A DNA stretch of 64,000 nt. Origin: Veleropilina oligotropha. Taxonomy: Eukaryota. The stretch covers positions 1 through 64,000 of the forward strand of contig JBEUKZ010000074.1 of assembly GCA_048128005.1 (NCBI GenBank), given 5' to 3'. Positions 1 through 14,147 of this stretch are shown piece by piece. The stretch's first letter is position 1. Each line of letters starts with the position of its first letter. The notes below the pieces were generated by a model. That model was given only the letters and a program-made list of their open reading frames with translations. It did not search any database and was not told the DNA's origin. Both the position numbers and the translations under genes were made by a program.

Positions 1-423
1 AATCCGGCGGATTAATGCGATGGCATACGTTGCGCAAGCCTGCGGATTAATGCGATGGCATACGTTGCGCAAGCCGGCGGATTAATGCGATGGCATACGT
101 TGCGCAAGTCGGCGGATTAATGCGATGGCATACGTTGCGCAAGCCGGCGGATTAATGCGATGGCATACGTTGCGCATGCCGGTGGATTAATGCGATGGCA
201 TACGATGCGCAAGCCGGCGGATTAATGCGATGGCATACGTTGCGCAAGCCGGCGGATTAATGCGATGGCATACGTTGCGCAAGCCGGCGGATTAATGCGA
301 TGGCATACGTTGCGCAAGCCGGCGGATTAATGCGATGGCATACGTTGAGCAAGCCGGCGGATTAATGCGATGGCATACGTTGCGCAAGCCGGCGGATTAA
401 TGCGATGGCATACGTTGCGCAAG
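1..423. repeat. 35-bp tandem repeat, ~12 copies, running off the window start
   Basis: Unit AAGCCGGCGGATTAATGCGATGGCATACGTTGCGC recurs with period 35 from 1 to ~423. Confidence 0.95.
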
Positions 424-1300
424 ACCTTTCCTGATAAGTTGTATTGGTATTGGTGGAATTAATGTTAGAATGCGAACATATTTCAATCTTATGTAGGTCG
501 GTGCTGTCCTGAACTGTAACTTGTTGTTCACCATGACGTTCAGCTTGCGACGTAGTCTTGAAAATGCTGTGTTTGAAGCGCCAGTTGTTGTCGTTAGCCA
601 GACTTCAATCTCCACGCGTTTCTTATGGAGCAGGATAGCTTGGTCGTAAGCTATCAATACTTTTCGGATGCGATCGTGGACGTATATGTTAAAGAGCATT
701 GGCCACATATTTGATTCCTTGAGTTATCGAGTCACCAGTTTGCTGCATTGGTCGTCACTAGTGATGAGTGTCAGGTTGCGAAGCATTCTCATGAGGAAAC
801 TCATGGCTCATGTAGCGGTCGCATATCGTCTGTATGAGCTCGAGGTTGTACCCGCGTATCCAGACCGTGTCGTAGATGACTGAGAGATCGATGAAGATTG
901 CGCCATCATTCTCATCAGCGTGAAGGATGTCTTCTATGTCATGTTTGAGAAGGATCACCTCATCTACTGTTGATCTTCTATGACGGAAGCCGGTCTGGTC
1001 TATGTGAAGTTGTTTGGCATGCAATGATTGGGTTCGCTTCACAACATTATATGGCACGCAGAGAAGACCGATGTGGCGGTACCCCTTGAGGTCATCCATT
1101 GGCTTATTTTGGAAAACGATGATTGTGGATTGTCATCAGATTTTGCGCAGCTTGCTTGGAGCAGGGAAGACACAGTTAGCAGAAGATACGGTGTCTTTCA
1201 TTTGCTTTCGCGCTTGATGCAAGATGCAAGGTATTTTAGGGTTTCACATCTTAACATACAGAAATCCAATACATCGTGTCCAATCAAACGTTTCTGATAA
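424..1300 (-). pseudogene. Decayed non-LTR retrotransposon RT fragment (RTE/RTE-X-like)
   Basis: ORF 758-1099(-) has QTGFRHRRSTVDEV...AIFIDLSVIYDTVW (LINE RT QxGFR and FxDLxxAYDTV motifs). ORF 397-708(-) has PMLFNIYVHD. Frames are broken and the left-hand limit merges with the tandem repeat. Confidence 0.75.
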
Positions 1301-2109
1301 TTGTATCAGTGGACACGCATTCTTGTAAATGAACAAATCTACAATATGCCTTTCCATAATATATGGTTAATTAATGTAAACTACTAGTATATGACATGGT
1401 CATCACGGCCCATATTCATGAAGACGGGATAACTGTTTAACCTGAGGTTAACTCCTAACCTCAGAATAAATCTAAAAAAATGGTATTCACTGCGCGTAGT
1501 TAGTTCTATCCGGTGTCGCTAACCTGAGGATATCTTATTCTCCCCTCCGACCAGGTATAGTGGCGTAACCTGAGAATAAACATGATAGACAAAGACGGCT
1601 TTCATGGTTTCGAACGAATTTAATACATACAGAGCGCCGTAATCCATTTAATAAGTTTAATGACTTGATAATACATACCAAATATGCATGCAAAAGCTGC
1701 AAACATTTCCAAACCCTATTTATTATAATGAAACTTGCACAGCACTCCGAGAGAACGAAAGAAATGATGGCATTTCGTGCACTCTCCTACGTAATGTCGT
1801 CATAATCTCTATTAAGATGGCTGACGGCAACACACTAAGTTAAGGGCTCCGTGCAGCATCCAGATTTATAATGGAATCCAGGTAGATAATGATGTGAAAA
1901 ATATAAGAGGAGAGAGCTAACATCATGCTGATTCGATTGTGAAAACTTCAGGTAAAAACATTTTGTACACATTGAGATATATCTTCAAACTGGTTGGCAA
2001 AGCTAATTTTACAACATACAGAGAGAGAAGTTAAAAATAACAAGTCAAGCTTCAACGCACAGCTAAGACCCAAGGTGCGAACGGTAGAAGTCTAATTAGT
2101 ACTATTAAC

Positions 2110-2932
2110 ATGGGCAAACACAAGAAAGCAGTTACTCTGTCGACTGGAGACAGTGCAGACGAAAATAGTCATGAGGTGTCGGAAAAATCACCTGACTTCG
2201 ACAGACTTGAAAAGAGATTAAACGAAATTCCAACTAAAGCTGAACTAGTGGATTTAATTAGTCATGCAGTGAAAACTGCTATCTCAAGCTTAAAAGAAGA
2301 AATAAAATCTGAACTAAAGAGGGAAATGTTCAAAGAAATCAGTGATATTGCACTAGTTGTCGAAGCCCTAAAGGAAGATAATTTAAAATTAAAACAAGAA
2401 ATCGATTTACTTTCCAACACAGCGAATAGGTCGAAAGAAAAGTGTAAGGAAAACCAGCAATATTGCAATAGAAACGAACAATACTCAAGAAAGTATAATA
2501 TAAGAATTATCGGACTGAAAGAAGGCCAAGACGAAAATACCAAGGAGATTGTCACGCAGTTCTTAAAAGAAAGTGCCAATATTAACATCAGGGACACTGA
2601 TATTGTAAACACACATCGGTTACCTACGAAACAGCGCAACGGAAACAAGCCAATCATAATCCGATTTTCCAATCCGAACATAAAAAGGGATATCATGCGA
2701 ATCTAAAAGACTTATTCGTGAAAAATCAAACGTCATGTTATTCGACGACTTAACTAGGGCGAACATCGGCCTAATCAATCGCCTCAGAGAGCATCCCGAG
2801 ATTGAAACAGCCTGGTCTTTCAATGGTCGAATCTATGCAAAGGATAAATATGATAAACAATTAGCATTTGATATTTTCGATGACATCAATGACAAACTAA
2901 GGGTAAGTCGCAGTCTCCACAACTCTAAATGA
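2110..2932 (+). pseudogene. LINE ORF1 (coiled coil + L1-type RRM/CTD), one frameshift at ~2700
   Basis: EQYSRKYNIRIIGLKE, HRLP...PIIIRF, then a shifted frame SKRLIREKSNVMLFDDLT...AWSFNGRIY. Confidence 0.85.
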
Positions 2933-3154
2933 ATTGACGAATACATGTTACGCTTTATATGTATGGAGGTACCGACATATCGTGTGCATTATGTATGTAT
3001 ATATGTGTATATATTATATCAGAATCTTGCTTACCACCTCATCTTACTAATAAACAAATTACTGTAAATAACCCATATCATGTGAAAAAATGGATGCAAA
3101 CTATTATTTATTCTTTATTATACGTAAGATACTCAGTTGCGATTTGTTTTACAA

Positions 3155-6100
3155 ATGAGTAAAACAAACTCGACGATCTTTTGTATGACATGTAGTAAAA
3201 CTGTTAAGACATATCAAAGGAAACTATTGTGTACTGTATGTAACCAATGGGCCCACAAAAATTGTATTACATTGAACCCTGACGAATTTAATTATTTAAA
3301 AGATTCTGGATATGATTGGTTCTGTAAGAATTGCTTGATTGATATGTTTCCTTTCAATAATATTGAAAATGAAGACGATTTCCAAATAGCCGTTAACTTA
3401 AAGAATATGCCAGTAAATATAAATACAGAATGTTTAAACACATTACAATTTAACCCATTTGAATTAAATGACAAGGAATTTACAATAAACAATGATGACA
3501 TAGATCCAGACAACAATTTCTACAATACAGCAACCAGTCATAAATGTAAATACATGACTGAAGACCAATTCAATGATGATATTAAACATAATCAATTTAA
3601 GAACCCACTCTCCATTATACATGTTAACTGTCGAAGTTTAAGGAAAAATTACAAAGCTATCAACAATTACTTAGACAGTTTAGATATTAATTTCTCAATT
3701 ATAGCTCTCACAGAAACATGGCTAATTCCTGAAACTGAAAAACTATATGATATAGAAAATTACACGTGTGTATACAAATCAAGAATCACCTCTAAGGGGG
3801 GTGGAGTTGGATTGTATATAAGAGAAGATCTCCAGTTTAAACTAAGAGATGACCTCAGTTACTTCAACGAATCTATTTATGAATCCCTGTTCATTGAAAT
3901 TGTACAAAGTAAGACAAGAAATATAATTATTGGTGTGATCTACAGACCACCTGACCACAGCATTGAATTATTCCAAAAGGAATTAGACAATATTTTAACA
4001 ATGATTAATAAGGAAAACAAATTAGTTTACATAGCAGGTGATTTCAACTTGGACCTTCTAAAATGTGACTCACACGAATTTACGGACAATTTCTTCAATA
4101 GCATGATCTCCTTTTCCTTCTTTCCACTAATCAATAAACCAACTAGGATAACATCACACTCGACTACCCTGATAGATAACATTTTTACTAATAATTTGGG
4201 TCAAAAATGCATATCAGGAATACTGTTCACTGATATATCTGATCATTTACCTGTCTTTCAAATAGTAAATAGTCATCTTTCACATCGGGTTAAGCCAAAA
4301 GTTAGATATAAGAGGGATCTTAATCAACAAAATATAGAAACTTTTAAAAATCAATTAGGAAACATAAACTGGGAGGAAATCTGTAAAAATGAAAATCCGA
4401 ATACCTCATACAATGAATTTATTAGCAAATATAAAACATTATATGAAAAAAGTTTTCCATTAAAAAAGGTGAGCATTAAACGCCAAAAGCACAAACCTTG
4501 GATAACCAGCGGTTTACTGAAATCATGTAAAAGAAAAAATAAATTATACAGACAATTCTTAAACCAACCAACAATTAAAGCAAATGATAAATACAAGAAA
4601 TTCAAAAACAAATTAAACCATTTGCTTAAAATAGCGGAAAAAAGCTACTATAGTAATAAACTGTCTTCTGCCAAATAAAATTTAAAACAAACATGGAAAA
4701 TAATAAAATCCGTGTTGAACAAAAATTATAATAAAAATACAGTACCTGATAAATTCATTCATAACAATGAAACTGTTTCTGGAGAGGAAAACATTGCTAA
4801 TGCTTTCAATCGGTTCTTCGTTAACATCGGCCCACAGCTTGCTGATAAAATACCCAACACAAAAGTTGACTACAAAGCATGCATGACTGGAAATTATGAT
4901 AAATCTTTCTTTTTTACACCTGTTGGAAATGAGGAAGTCCAAAATATTATCATTGGTCTGAAATATGGAAAGAGTAATGGATATGATGATATATCTTCAT
5001 CTATTGTCAAAACTACGTCAGAAAACATCGTTCCAATACTAACTTCAATAATTAACAAATCAATAATTACTGGAATAATACCAGACAAGCTAAAAATGGC
5101 CAAAGTGGTTCCAATATTTAAAAGTGGTGATGACGCTTCATTATCTAATTACAGACCAATATCAATTTTGCCCGTTTTCTCTAAATTTTTTGAAAAAGTG
5201 GCATATTCACGACTGATAAATTATCTCAACGCACATAGTATTTTATACACTAAACAGTATGGTTTTAGAGAAAATCATTCGACCTTCATGGCATTATTAG
5301 AACTAATGGACCAGATATCGGAAGCAATTGAAAAAAAAGAATATACTGTGGGTGTATTTATTGACCTATCTAAAGCGTTCGATACAATAAATCATGAAAT
5401 ACTTATAAATAAACTCCGACATTATGGCATTAGAGGCTTGCCTTTAACCTGGTTTGAAAATTATTTGACAAATAGGACACAGTTCGTGACAGTAAATGGT
5501 AAAGACTCATCAGTGAGACCAATAACTTGCGGTGTTCCGCAAGGATCAATATTAGGTCCTTTATTATTTATTATATATATTAATGATTTGGCAAATACTT
5601 CAAAGCTACTAAAATTTATTCTGTTTGCTGATGACACTAGTATTTTTTTTACGCACAAAAATTACCATACCATGATAAACATAATGAACAAAGAATTAGA
5701 AATGGTCACCCTATGGTTCAAAATCAACAAGTTATCACTAAATATAACAAAAACAAACTATATGATCTTTTGTAGCAAGTTAAAGAAATATCCTATTGCA
5801 AACTATAGCATTACTATAGATGACAAATATATAAAACAAGTGACTAACACCAAATTTCTAGGTATAATAATGGATGAAAACATAACATGGTCCCAACATA
5901 TTAGCAATGTACAAAATAAAATTGCTAAGCATATTGGAATTATTTATAAACTAAAGCAATCACTACCTACATATATACTACCCACACTATATTGTACTTT
6001 AATTTTACCTTATTATCAATATTGTAATATAGTGTGGGCTAGTACCTATCATTCCAGATTGCAAAAGCTTTTCTTATTACAAAAACGAATTGTAAGAATT

Positions 6101-6454
6101 GTTTCGTCATCTGGATACTTCGATCACTCTGCACCGATCTTCAAGAAACTAAATCAATTAACTATATTTGACATAAACAAGCATCAGATAGGAACATTCA
6201 TGCACAGGTACCACTTAAACAAACTACCAATAGCGTTTAAAAACTATTTTCAGGTTAATGAGCATATACACAGCCATAACACTAGACAAAGAAATAACAT
6301 TCATATCATTATCTCCAGAACAAACACAAGACTTTATTCAATAAAATGTCAGGGCCCACGTTTATGGAATTCCTTGGACATATCACTAAGGAATTCGCGT
6401 TCCGGACATATTTTCAAAGCCAAATATAAAAATCAGTTGCTAGAAACATACTGA
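3155..6454 (+). pseudogene. LINE ORF2: N-terminal PHD finger, AP endonuclease and reverse transcriptase; single in-frame stop at 4676-4678
   Basis: C4HC3 pattern CMTC...CTVCNQWAHKNC...WFCKNC. APE motifs LTETW, YRPP, GDFN, IDNIF, SDH. RT motifs QYGFR, DLSKAFD, GVPQGSILGP, FADD. ORFs 3137-4678 and 4712-6454 are in the same frame. Confidence 0.93.
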
Positions 6455-7649
6455 TCTTACACTACCAAGTTATCAACAGCCTATTGGTTACATTATAACC
6501 TGTTACATATCTGTAGTTACTTTTCTACATTTTCCACAAATTAACTATGAATATAGACTCTACGACACACACACACACTCATGGACACAGGCACCCACTC
6601 AACTTAGGTCCAAACACTGTAATAAATAAGTTGAAAAACATGAAACTTTTCCCAAGGGTGATCATGTTTATAAGCTCGCAAGGGTTTCTTTGATCATCCT
6701 ACCATAGAAACATAATAATAATAATATATTTAAAGGTTTTACGTTATATATACTTAAATCATTAGATTGCATTTGTGATATCGATGTTTGTTTTGTTTTT
6801 GTTTTGTTTTTAATTAATAACTGCAATTATTGTATTAAAGTTTTACAATTTTATATTCAATGTTATTCATAAAGCAAATATTATTACTTTAAATTACTAT
6901 GTTCTATTTTCACTTTGCTTCATGACTTCATAATATACCAATATATAACATATAACGTATTACTATGTGACCAATACTATTTACTTTACTTTATATCATA
7001 TAATTTTTGTACATTATACTGTCTATGGTGAAATAAAATTCATTCATTCATTCATTCATTCAACGAAAACTCTCTCAAACTGAAGCGCGCTTATCACGAC
7101 GATTTTGATTCGAAAACGATGTGCTAGTCATGCGCAGTAAGCGTGGATTCCCTGATTTATTTCTAGCACAGGTGAATAGCTATCCTCTGCTTACTTTAAT
7201 TATACACATTTGTATACTGAAGTAATGTGACATAAATAATGATAACAACTTAAATACAACCTTTTTCAATTAAAAAGCATACCATACATGTTTCAAATGA
7301 TAATTAATCATAATAATTAAGACATAATTCCATAATAAATCGACTGAAACAGTCTTTTGAAAGAATAATGTCATACCGATTATCTTCCCTGGCTGCTTGC
7401 CACATGCCTAGGCTAATATACTTACATGAGATTACTACACGAAAATGACATACAAGGTCATTTGCAGTGTATCTGACTATATTCTACTATGCGATTTCGG
7501 CGACATGCGATTTAATCGATCAAAAAAACATGGCCACGATCAAGGGAAAATAATGCAACTAACCACCAATATCTAGCTGAAATGTTAAGTGCAGTCATCC
7601 AGGCAAGATTGTTTAACTTCCGATAGTCGTAGCATACAAAATACAACGT

Positions 7650-8400
7650 AGTAGGCCAAGTTTGCAATTTAGTTTCTGCTATGCAATCTGTTTGGTGTAC
7701 ATTTCATTTCATTCATTACCGCCATATTGGCGTCGCCTCGAACTTATTTTAGATGGAAATTAACATATTACCGTTGCATTTTTATAAAATTATTCTGGAA
7801 ACGTGTTTATAATTGTTAACATATACAAAGCCGAACATTTTGTTATGATTCTATTGCATTATATGTAAGTAGAAGAGCCTTCGTCGAGAGCAGACGACAA
7901 ATTGTGTCGATCTCTGATGCGAATAAACCTAAATCGACATCAGTAGTCACGCGCGACACGCATTTCATGTTCTTTGAATAGACCTTGTTGGATTAGTATA
8001 ATATTGATAAAGCGACATTAGTTGTTTTCATAACAGCATTTGTTGCTCTTTATAGTTTATAGAGTAGGTAAAAACGAGATTATATTTCACACTCGATGCC
8101 ACATTTTCATGACGTCAACAATCAATTTGCAAATTTCACCTTCTGCAATATTACTACGCCGCATACTTATGTTAGAAGGGATCAACAAAATTAAAAGCAA
8201 CGTTATACAGCTTGTTTCCTTATAACTTTGAGATATATGATAAAAAGAATCTCACATTCGTGGTCATTTAATATCACATTTATGAAACTCGCTAACTAAT
8301 TTTCATATTTTCCTCGGTGAAACCTCGGAAAGTATGAAAATTAGTTATCTTGTTTCATGAAGGTGATATTAAATGACCACTCATATGAGATCCCCTCCAT
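7650..8400. repeat. Hairpin-headed interspersed repeat, family H2; inverted paralog at ~13608-14147 + 41927-42125
   Basis: Imperfect palindrome ~8240-8395 centred on CTCGGTGAAACCTCG. Its reverse complement aligns by eye with 13608-14147 and continues after the Polinton at 41927. Confidence 0.8.
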
Positions 8401-9113
8401 AGCATATTTTTCTAATATGCGTATAGTATGATATAAATACATTACATGCCAATATGGAGAATAAACGATAATGCAATTTTATATTAATTTATTATTGTAT
8501 AAATACATTACATGCCAATATGCCAATATGGAGAATAAACGATAATGCAATTCTATATTAATTTATTATTGTAATAAAATACAATTCCATTTCGTTAATT
8601 TATTAACAGACAGTCTCCTTAACGTCTTCATTCTACAATAATCTATATTAGTATGAATAGAAGTCACAATTTTGTTTCGTTTATGATACATATTTTCCTG
8701 TATTTTATTGTTATTTTAAAAAAATATAAGAAGAAATTTGAAAGATTTGAAAATCTTAGACCTTTTCAATGTTATTATGGGCTAATGAAGAAATAAACGT
8801 CACTATTACATCATTATATTCACTTTTAATATCATTTTACGCATTATGTGCATTTTTGCGCAAATTCTGATGCAAATTTGACGTCATAATATCGGACACG
8901 GGTCATTGTTGAATTGGCACTATATCAGTTATTGATCAGTATATAATATTCTAACATATAGCCAAGTTTATTGCTTTTGTCAAACATTGCACAAAATATT
9001 GACCATTGCCTCTGCACTACAAGTGAGAAATAACAGCATAGAGGGCACCCAGCTTGTCCCGACAAGACGTTTACCCACACCAACATTCGTGCAAGTGTTA
9101 GGTGGGAATAATC

Positions 9114-9981
9114 CCCCCCCCCCTGACACTTGCACGAATGTTGGTCACGAATAGGTACGCATGGTGGCGTGCCATCACGCGCCAAAAAGTGTCAATTTGG
9201 GGGACGAAACTTGTCAGTTTACGCCATGTCGTGCCATCTAACACGCATTAGTTACGAACTATGTGCGCATCTGACACAAACATGTCCATGTCACGCAATG
9301 GTACGCCATGGCAATCTTCACTATGCCATAGTTGCGCAAACGGTACGCAATACTTACGCATAAGTTGCGATGATGTCACGCATGTGCATGCATGTCCACT
9401 CAGTGGCACACATGTTTACTCATTGACACGCCATAATTTGGGGTGCGAATGCTCATGCCTATAGGGACGCGTTAGCGATTATATTGCGCAAACTCTGCAC
9501 AAACTATCTGGCACGGGCTGGCGCGCAAGTACGCACTTGACACGAAGCCCCAATCACGCTTTCACGACTAGTTTCATCATTGGCACGCCACCATGCTTAA
9601 GGCCCTGCCACACAGTAAATCAAGTCACATACCTCTTGGTTTATAAATCAAGGTTTACCGTGTGGCACCCCCTAATACTCAAATTCGTAAATCAAAAGTC
9701 GCATGCGACTTTTGATTTACGCTTTAGAACATGCTCTATTCCGTACAACTTATGCCAAGAAACTTTCCTTGCCCACCAATCAGATACCAGATGAAGTAAG
9801 TTCGCAACTCATTCAACCAATAAAATTGCGCATACGACTTGGTTTACCTTGTGGCATAGCAAGGAACATACTACAAAAGTTTCATACTACAAGTCGTATA
9901 CGACTTGATTTACTGTGTGGCAGGGCCTTTACCTATTCGTGACCAACATTCGTGCAAGTGTCAGGGGGGGGGGGGGGGGGG
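9114..9981. mobile_element. Non-autonomous DNA transposon (MITE) with ~55-bp TIRs and poly-C/poly-G ends
   Basis: CCCTGACACTTGCACGAATGTTGGTCACGAATAGGTA at the left; its reverse complement TACCTATTCGTGACCAACATTCGTGCAAGTGTCAGGG at ~9930-9966. Confidence 0.85.
9600..9928. mobile_element. PIF/Harbinger-type MITE nested in the right TIR of the 9114-9981 MITE
   Basis: TIR AGGCCCTGCCACACAGTAAATCAAGTC / GACTTGATTTACTGTGTGGCAGGGCCT; TTA TSD at 9597-9599 and 9929-9931. Confidence 0.88.
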
Positions 9982-10010
9982 CATTATTTACAATAGTTAA
10001 CGTTATCCTA

Positions 10011-12366
10011 TGGCGGCGAGTTTGATAAGTACGTTTATCCTGTGGGCTTTGAAAATATCACACGAGACAAAGTCGAGTGTGATATTGTCATAGCGAACAG
10101 GATAAACGTATGTAGCAAACGAGACGACACAGGGTAACATTTTTATTTTCATTTTATTTTAAAAAATATCTTACTTTTTATGCCTGTCAATGCTGAACAA
10201 TGACTAAGCAATGAATAACGTCATGTTGCATCTTACGGGTTATGCTAAGAGCAAAATAACCTGGATATTTGAAAAGCTGAGGAATAGTTTGTATTTGATT
10301 GAATCTCACATAAATACTTTAAAACACTTGATTATCTCTCGCAGAAGCGAATGACGTCTAGCAGACGATGTGTAGTTTGATATGAAAACGTAGAGTTTGA
10401 CATGAATATTTGTTAAACTCCACGTGACGTCATTTTGACCAATCAGACGTCGCGGATTTCGCGAAATGAAAATAAATGCAATTGATATATGTGTCTACCA
10501 GGGCCATAATTATCTGACGTCGCTGACTCCCAACGAATGTCGATAAATCAAACAAATTGTTTTATTCTTCATAACAGCGGGGTGCGGTTAATGCCCCGTT
10601 TCAACGACTGGCCATATTGAGACATCAGTGCTCGGTGAACGAGACCACGATGGTGCAGAGGTGCTGTGCGATTCTTCTTGGATATAATATTTAACAATAT
10701 ACTGGTGCGGCGAGTTTGATACGTACGTTTATCCTGTGAGCTTTGAAAATATCACACGAGACGAAGTCGAGTGTAATATTGCCATAGCGAACAGGATAAA
10801 CGTACGTATCAAACGAGAAGCCGCATGGTAACATGGTAAAAATAGCATGGTAAAAATATCTAACTTTATATGCCTGTCAATGCTGAACAATGACTAAGCA
10901 ATGAATAACGTCATGTTAAATTGCACCTTACGGGTTTTTCTAAGCGAAAAATAACCTGGATATTTGAAAACCTGAGGAATAGTATGAATCTCAAAGAAAT
11001 ACTTGAAAATACTTGAAGCGAATGACGTCTAGTAGACGACGTGTAGTTTGATACGAAAGGAAAAGAAAGGAAAGTATCGATGCTTAATGTACTGTATATT
11101 TCCAACCATCATTTGGTTCAAACCAGGACATGTCCGTATTATCGCGGGAGGAAAGCCCGGTCGCCCGGGTAAATCCGCCCTCTTCGACCAGTCACGGACA
11201 ACTGTGATTCATAACTTGAACAAATGTGTGATGCCTCAGCCGGGGTTCGAACCCACTACTGTTCGCGTCAGCGGAATTAAGTCAATGATTTTCGGAATCC
11301 ACAACCGCACCATTGTAACGTCGAGTTTGACATGAGTATTTGAAAAACGCGTCTCGACTAATCGTTGTTGAGCATGCGGGTATATGATGAAATAAGTACT
11401 TTTATCCTGTGAGCGTTCAAAATGTCACACGAGACGAAGTCGAGTTCTCAAACGAGACGCCACAGGGTAACATTTTTATTCTATTTTCATTTTTAAAATA
11501 TCTAACTTTATATGCCTGTCAATGCTGAACAACGTCATGTTGAATTGCACCTTACGGGTTATTCTAAGCGAAAAATAACCTGGATATTTGAAAAGCTGAG
11601 GAATAGTTTAGTCATATACATTCATGTATATGATTGAATCTCAAATAAATACTTACATACACTTGATTATATCTCGCAGAAGCAAATGACGTCTAGCAGA
11701 CGACGCGCAGTTTGAGACGAAAACGTCGAGTTTGAGATGGGTATTTACCAAACTCCACGTGATAAGTGCATTCTACCAGAAGTGTTTGTGAAGCGTCGAC
11801 GATCTGTAATTATGTTTGTATTTGCTGCCATACGCTTCATGGTGCATTTAAATTTGCTTACATCAAGCGGACAATGTGCAAACAAAGGACGTGTTTTGCC
11901 GGGATTTTCACGGAATTGTGTCAGCTATATGTAGAATGAATTTTCAGCGTTGGAGTAGTCTAAAGCCATGGTAAGTTTTGTATAGATAGTTATGGAACAT
12001 CGGTTTGATGTTTCGGGTGTAACGTACATGCGTGGTTTAATGCGATATAGATATTATAGAGAGATGTTAACCACAGTACGTGGGTTTTTATGTTTCGATC
12101 CGCCATTTTTGTTTCCAAACATTGCAGACGACGTGCGTGGGAATACAAATGTGCTAGACAGCATTTGCGTATGTATGCAAAGTGTTCGAGATAGAAGTTT
12201 CCAGCACCGGTAATAAATGGGATCAGTCTATCTCAGGAAAATGACGTCTTGCATACGACGTGTAGTTTGACACGAAAACGTCGAGTTTGACATGAGTATT
12301 TGTCACACTCCACGTGACGTCATTTTAACCAATCAGACGTCGCGAATTTCGCGAAATGAAAATAAT
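10011..12366 (+). repeat. Cluster of hairpin-headed repeat family H1 (copies ~10011-10477, ~10704-11345, ~11385-11761, 3' fragment ~12240-12366)
   Basis: Shared hairpin centred on CACACGAGACGAAGTCGAGTGT, shared body ATGCCTGTCAATGCTGAACAA, and 3' end CCAATCAGACGTCGCG...GAAATGAAAATAA. Confidence 0.8.
11054..11311 (-). mobile_element. tRNA-derived SINE, family S1 (5'-truncated), inserted in an H1 copy
   Basis: Reverse complement matches S1 copies at 42527, 43776 and 47292; B-box GGTTCGAACCCC; interrupts H1 between ACGAAA and AACGTCGAG. Confidence 0.85.
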
Positions 12367-14147
12367 ATCCGGGTTCGAGACCAGCCGGCGGTTTATTCGG
12401 CCGTTTATTCTACCGCTTAAAATAATAGATGGCGTATCCCTAATGCATGTCTGTTATATCGGAGTGAGACCAGAAACCGAGCGTCCCGACTACGTTAAGG
12501 CTGTAAATTGCCAAAGGGGTAGTAAAACAGTTGCCAACCAACCGTAGGGATAGATTATTATACACAAATAATAAAATGGTTAACTAATTTACGTTATAGG
12601 ATGTGAACTAGCCTAACTTTAATATTATGCCCACATTCAAGATGGCCGCCACTTTTAGGTGGGCACCAACTTAGAAGTGACTCTGACCGGCTGTCTGTTC
12701 TAGATCAACTGTGCCCATTTTATGCAATTGTCTGATCATCTTGATCGATTGAGCGAAATGGACCAAATTCCAAGATGTCATCAGTATGGACTTGGTTGTG
12801 TTAATGTTGTATTATTGCATGTTTGTGCTACATGGGAACTCGTTAGCAATTTCCATATCTCTCGGGAAGTTCCGGGTCGTTACGGTAGGTTTTTTTCTAT
12901 TGTTACATCATTCAACATAGATGCGATCGCTTCGCAAATCAGACGAAGCTCCGAGGGGACGGTGATTCTGAACGCAATCCCAGAAATTAACTCCATTGCG
13001 TCTGTTTCTGTATCTCCTGGGATTGGAATACAAGATCAACTTTAATTACGTCATACAAACCAAGAACTTATTATCTCTTACGCCATCACGCGGCAATAAG
13101 TTAACATTACACAGCGCATGAAATAACATGCGATGACAGGTTTATCATCATGGAGAGTGCTTCGTGGGAAAAGGTTAAGACAAAATTACTAACTTTGAGT
13201 TGTTTGTGAACTTGTTAGGTGAATGAATACACACGCCCGCACACACGCACACATAATGTCAAACACGTGTCATCCGAGAGGGCTGCTGTAAACTTTTCCC
13301 ACATGTGCTATATCTGGGGGTTTTCCAATCGCGGATATCACGTGAAAACCGTCACACGTATACTTTTGACGCTTTATCAGCCATTGGGGGATAAGTGCAG
13401 GTTTCTGATATTTGACAGCGAAACGACTAGTTTTCAATGTTAGCAAGGCCCATGTTGTCTGATGCCTAAAATGACCGATTATTGGCAAACATGAGACATG
13501 AACAAATGTGACGTTAGAGTTATAGGCCTATCTATATGCATGCGAATTTTTATTCAGGTTGTGAATAAAAATCAGCATTTGCGAATGCTTTTGCGAAATG
13601 ATGTAATATAGAGGGGATCTCACATGAGTAGTCGTTTACTATCACATTTATGAAACGAGTTAACTAATTATCATATTTTCCGAGGTTTCACCGAGAAAAA
13701 TATGAAAATAAGTTAACGAGTTTCATAAAATTGATATTAAATGACCAAGAATGTGAGATTCTATTTATCATAAATCTCAATTTTAGAAAGAAACGTTGCT
13801 TTTAATTGTGTTGACGAGTTCTAACATAATACTCCTAACATTATTATGCGGCGTATTAATATTGCAGAAGGTGAATTTTGTAAATTGATTGTTGACGTCA
13901 TGAAAATGATAATGAGTGTGAAAAATAATCCCATTTTTACCTACCGGTACTCTATAAATTATAAAGCGCTGCAGATGCTGTTATGAAAAAAACTAATGCC
14001 GCTTATCTATTATATTGTCCTAACAAGCTCTATTCAAATAACATTAAATGCGTGAAGCTTACATGTCGATTTGGTTTTTATCGTTATCAAATTGAAGCGA
14101 TGTGTCGTCTGCTCACGACTAAACGGTTCGTCAATTTACATATAAAT

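Larger units (their letters stand above)
1761..7061 (+). mobile_element. Full-length CR1/L2-group LINE (ORF1 + PHD-APE-RT ORF2)
   Basis: Two ORFs; 3' AATAAA then an (ATTC)n tail ending ~7061; 7-bp TSD AACGAAA at 1754-1760 and 7062-7068. Confidence 0.9.

Noticed and set aside
1..423. CRISPR-like 35-bp repeats
   Set aside because: Repeats are head-to-tail with no spacers, there are no cas genes, and the context is eukaryotic.
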